DNA of 64,000 bases, taken from NCBI GenBank assembly GCA_036785375.1, contig JAWMAR010000107.1:2728001-2792000 (forward strand). The letters are read 5' to 3'. The number at the start of each line of letters is the position of its first letter. Position 1 is the stretch's first letter. The translations under genes and the position numbers were made by a program. This document shows positions 62,114 through 64,000 of this stretch, in pieces. The notes below the pieces were generated by a model. The model searched no databases. It worked only from the letters and a program-made list of their open reading frames with translations, and was not told the origin of the DNA. The stretch comes from Leucoraja ocellata (Eukaryota).

Positions 62114-63022
62114 TACATGGTAGGAAAGGTTGGTGAGATATGGTGCAAATCTGTTCATGCAGAAAGGCACCTTGATCAGCATTGACAAGTTGGGGTGAAG
62201 GGCCTGTTCTCATGCAATACAACAACGAATCTATGAACCTAAACTGCACCAGGACAGGTCCGCACTGCAGCATGGATGAGCCTGGCAACGCCTCTGGCAA
62301 GGTGCAGGAGACAAACTCGCCCGTACCTTACCATGCCCTGTTTTGCAGACTTGCCTATTTTGAAACGAGCTCCCACTGTAAAAGCTAAGGAGGTCAGTGA
62401 GTTCACTGAGTGTGCCTCATGCCTGGCAGCAGAGCCCGTTCCGTTCACACGCCACTCTCATGAACCCTGATGCCGCCACAATAACTGCATTCACTCCAGC
62501 CTTGGCAGTCCCTGAAGTGAGGAGGTAAAGAAACGTGTGTTTACTGATTGGCTCACATTTAATGATCTTGCTAATACTGGCACACTTCATCAGGAGAAGT
62601 AATGTTACAGTATCTGAGCTCTGCTGATGAGAGAGACCAGATGTACAATGTGCAGGAAGAGTTTAAACACTATAATTCAGAGTTAATTATGACCATCTGA
62701 CCACTGACGTCTCATATAACTATTAGATTAGAGGTAAACTTTTTCAATCAGAGACGTTTAATTAAGGACAACTGGCCTTTCAATGCAGATCCTCGTTGAT
62801 GGAACTTCCCACACTGAACCTCTACATGACCCAATATCCACAGTGTACACTTCCAATTGGCTGCTCTGAAGCTAATTAAAAACAAAGAAGCCTCAATAAC
62901 AATCAAAATTTACGTAAAATTGCAATTCTTCTTTACCCCGGAGACTATCCAAACTTCCCTGGTGATGAAAAGTCCTGTTATTAGATTGAACACGGATGGC
63001 AACTGGACTAGCCCACATACAG

Positions 63023-63362
63023 TACACCCCAACATTCCATACCAGGATACATCCCAACATTCCACACCAGGAAACACCCCAACATTCCACACCAGGAAAC
63101 ACCCCAACATTCCACACCAGGATACACCCCAACATTCCACACCAGGAAACACCCCAACATTCCACACCAGGAAACACCCCAACATTCCACACCAGGATAC
63201 ACCCCAACATTCCACACCAGGATACACCCCAACATTCCACACCAGGATACACCCCAACATTCCATACCAGGAAACACCCCAACATTCCACACCAGGATAC
63301 ACCCCAACATTCCACACCAGGATACACCCCAACATTCCACACCAGGATACACCCCAACATTC
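63023..63362. repeat. 25-bp minisatellite (~13.5 units)
   Basis: Unit ACACCCCAACATTCCACACCAGGA(T/A). Confidence 0.95.
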
Positions 63363-63744
63363 AACATCTTTCCCCCCCCAACATCTTTCATCAGGATACA
63401 TCTCACCGTTCTCTGGAGTGCGATGCTGTGATTATCTCACCCGATCCTCCCACCCCCATCTCACACCCGATCCTCACACCCCCATCTCCCACCCCATCTC
63501 CCTCCGGAAGACACCAGACCAGTTGTGAGAGATTGACCCGAGAATCTGTTCCGTTGGTAGTGGGGAGGGATGTGAATTCTTGCGGGCACTGGGGATCACT
63601 GCTCAGGTCTCACTCAAAATTCTGTGCTGGAGATAAGGTTGCCCAACTCACCCCTTGCAATGTGTGTGAATGGTTCAGAGGCAAGACTGCTGCCCCTTAC
63701 AGCCCTGTTGTCTAGCTTAACGTTGTAAACCCAACAGGGGACCC

Positions 63745-64000
63745 CCACCCTAGTAGTCGTTCTCGTTTCATCGTCATCCTGATGAGTTTCACTCTCTGTA
63801 CCACTCGTTATCACCCAGTCCACAGCCAACAATGGAGCATTGTGGGCTCCACCTTTCCTTGATCATCATTATTTTTTGCATATCTTTAATTCATTTGTTC
63901 TATATCTCTCAATAATCACCTCCGTATCTCTTGTTTCCCTTTCCCCTGACTCTCAGACTGAAAAAGTGTCCCGACCCAAATCATCACCTATTCCTTTTCT
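63745..64000 (+). mobile_element. Penelope-like 3' UTR and terminal module (runs off the window)
   Basis: Homologous to 35280-35490; ends CTGAAAAAGTGTCCCGACCCAAAT. Confidence 0.7.

Noticed and set aside
62857-63715. Several 130-240 aa ORFs on both strands
   Set aside because: Translations of the stop-free 25-bp tandem repeat.

Overview
Vertebrate genomic DNA, almost certainly from a cartilaginous fish (elasmobranch, probably a skate or ray). This is inferred from abundant HE1/V-SINE-type SINEs, CR1-type LINEs and elasmobranch-style Penelope termini. No host protein-coding exon was recognised, so the window reads as a repeat-dense intron or intergenic region. The main feature is a structurally complete DIRS1-type tyrosine-recombinase retrotransposon (42347-47140). 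It has three uninterrupted ORFs (Gag-like; RT/RNaseH/methyltransferase-like; YR), 36-bp ITRs and a perfect internal complementary region, and it is inserted at an ATT in the tail of a Rex1-type LINE. A decayed DIRS of a second subfamily lies on the minus strand (25138-28352), also with ATT at its surviving end. More than a dozen Penelope-derived terminal modules carry a minimal hammerhead-ribozyme-like motif; several are 100-190 bp stand-alone insertions with TSDs, and one is a 74-bp hairpin. Also present: a Neptune-type Penelope RT/GIY-YIG fragment nested in a hAT-like MITE nested in a CR1, a 5'-truncated L1 with TSD, an ancient Gypsy relic, many SINE/CR1/Rex fragments, several minisatellites (one with a 6-mer higher-order repeat) and two assembly gaps. 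Boundaries of old repeats are approximate.
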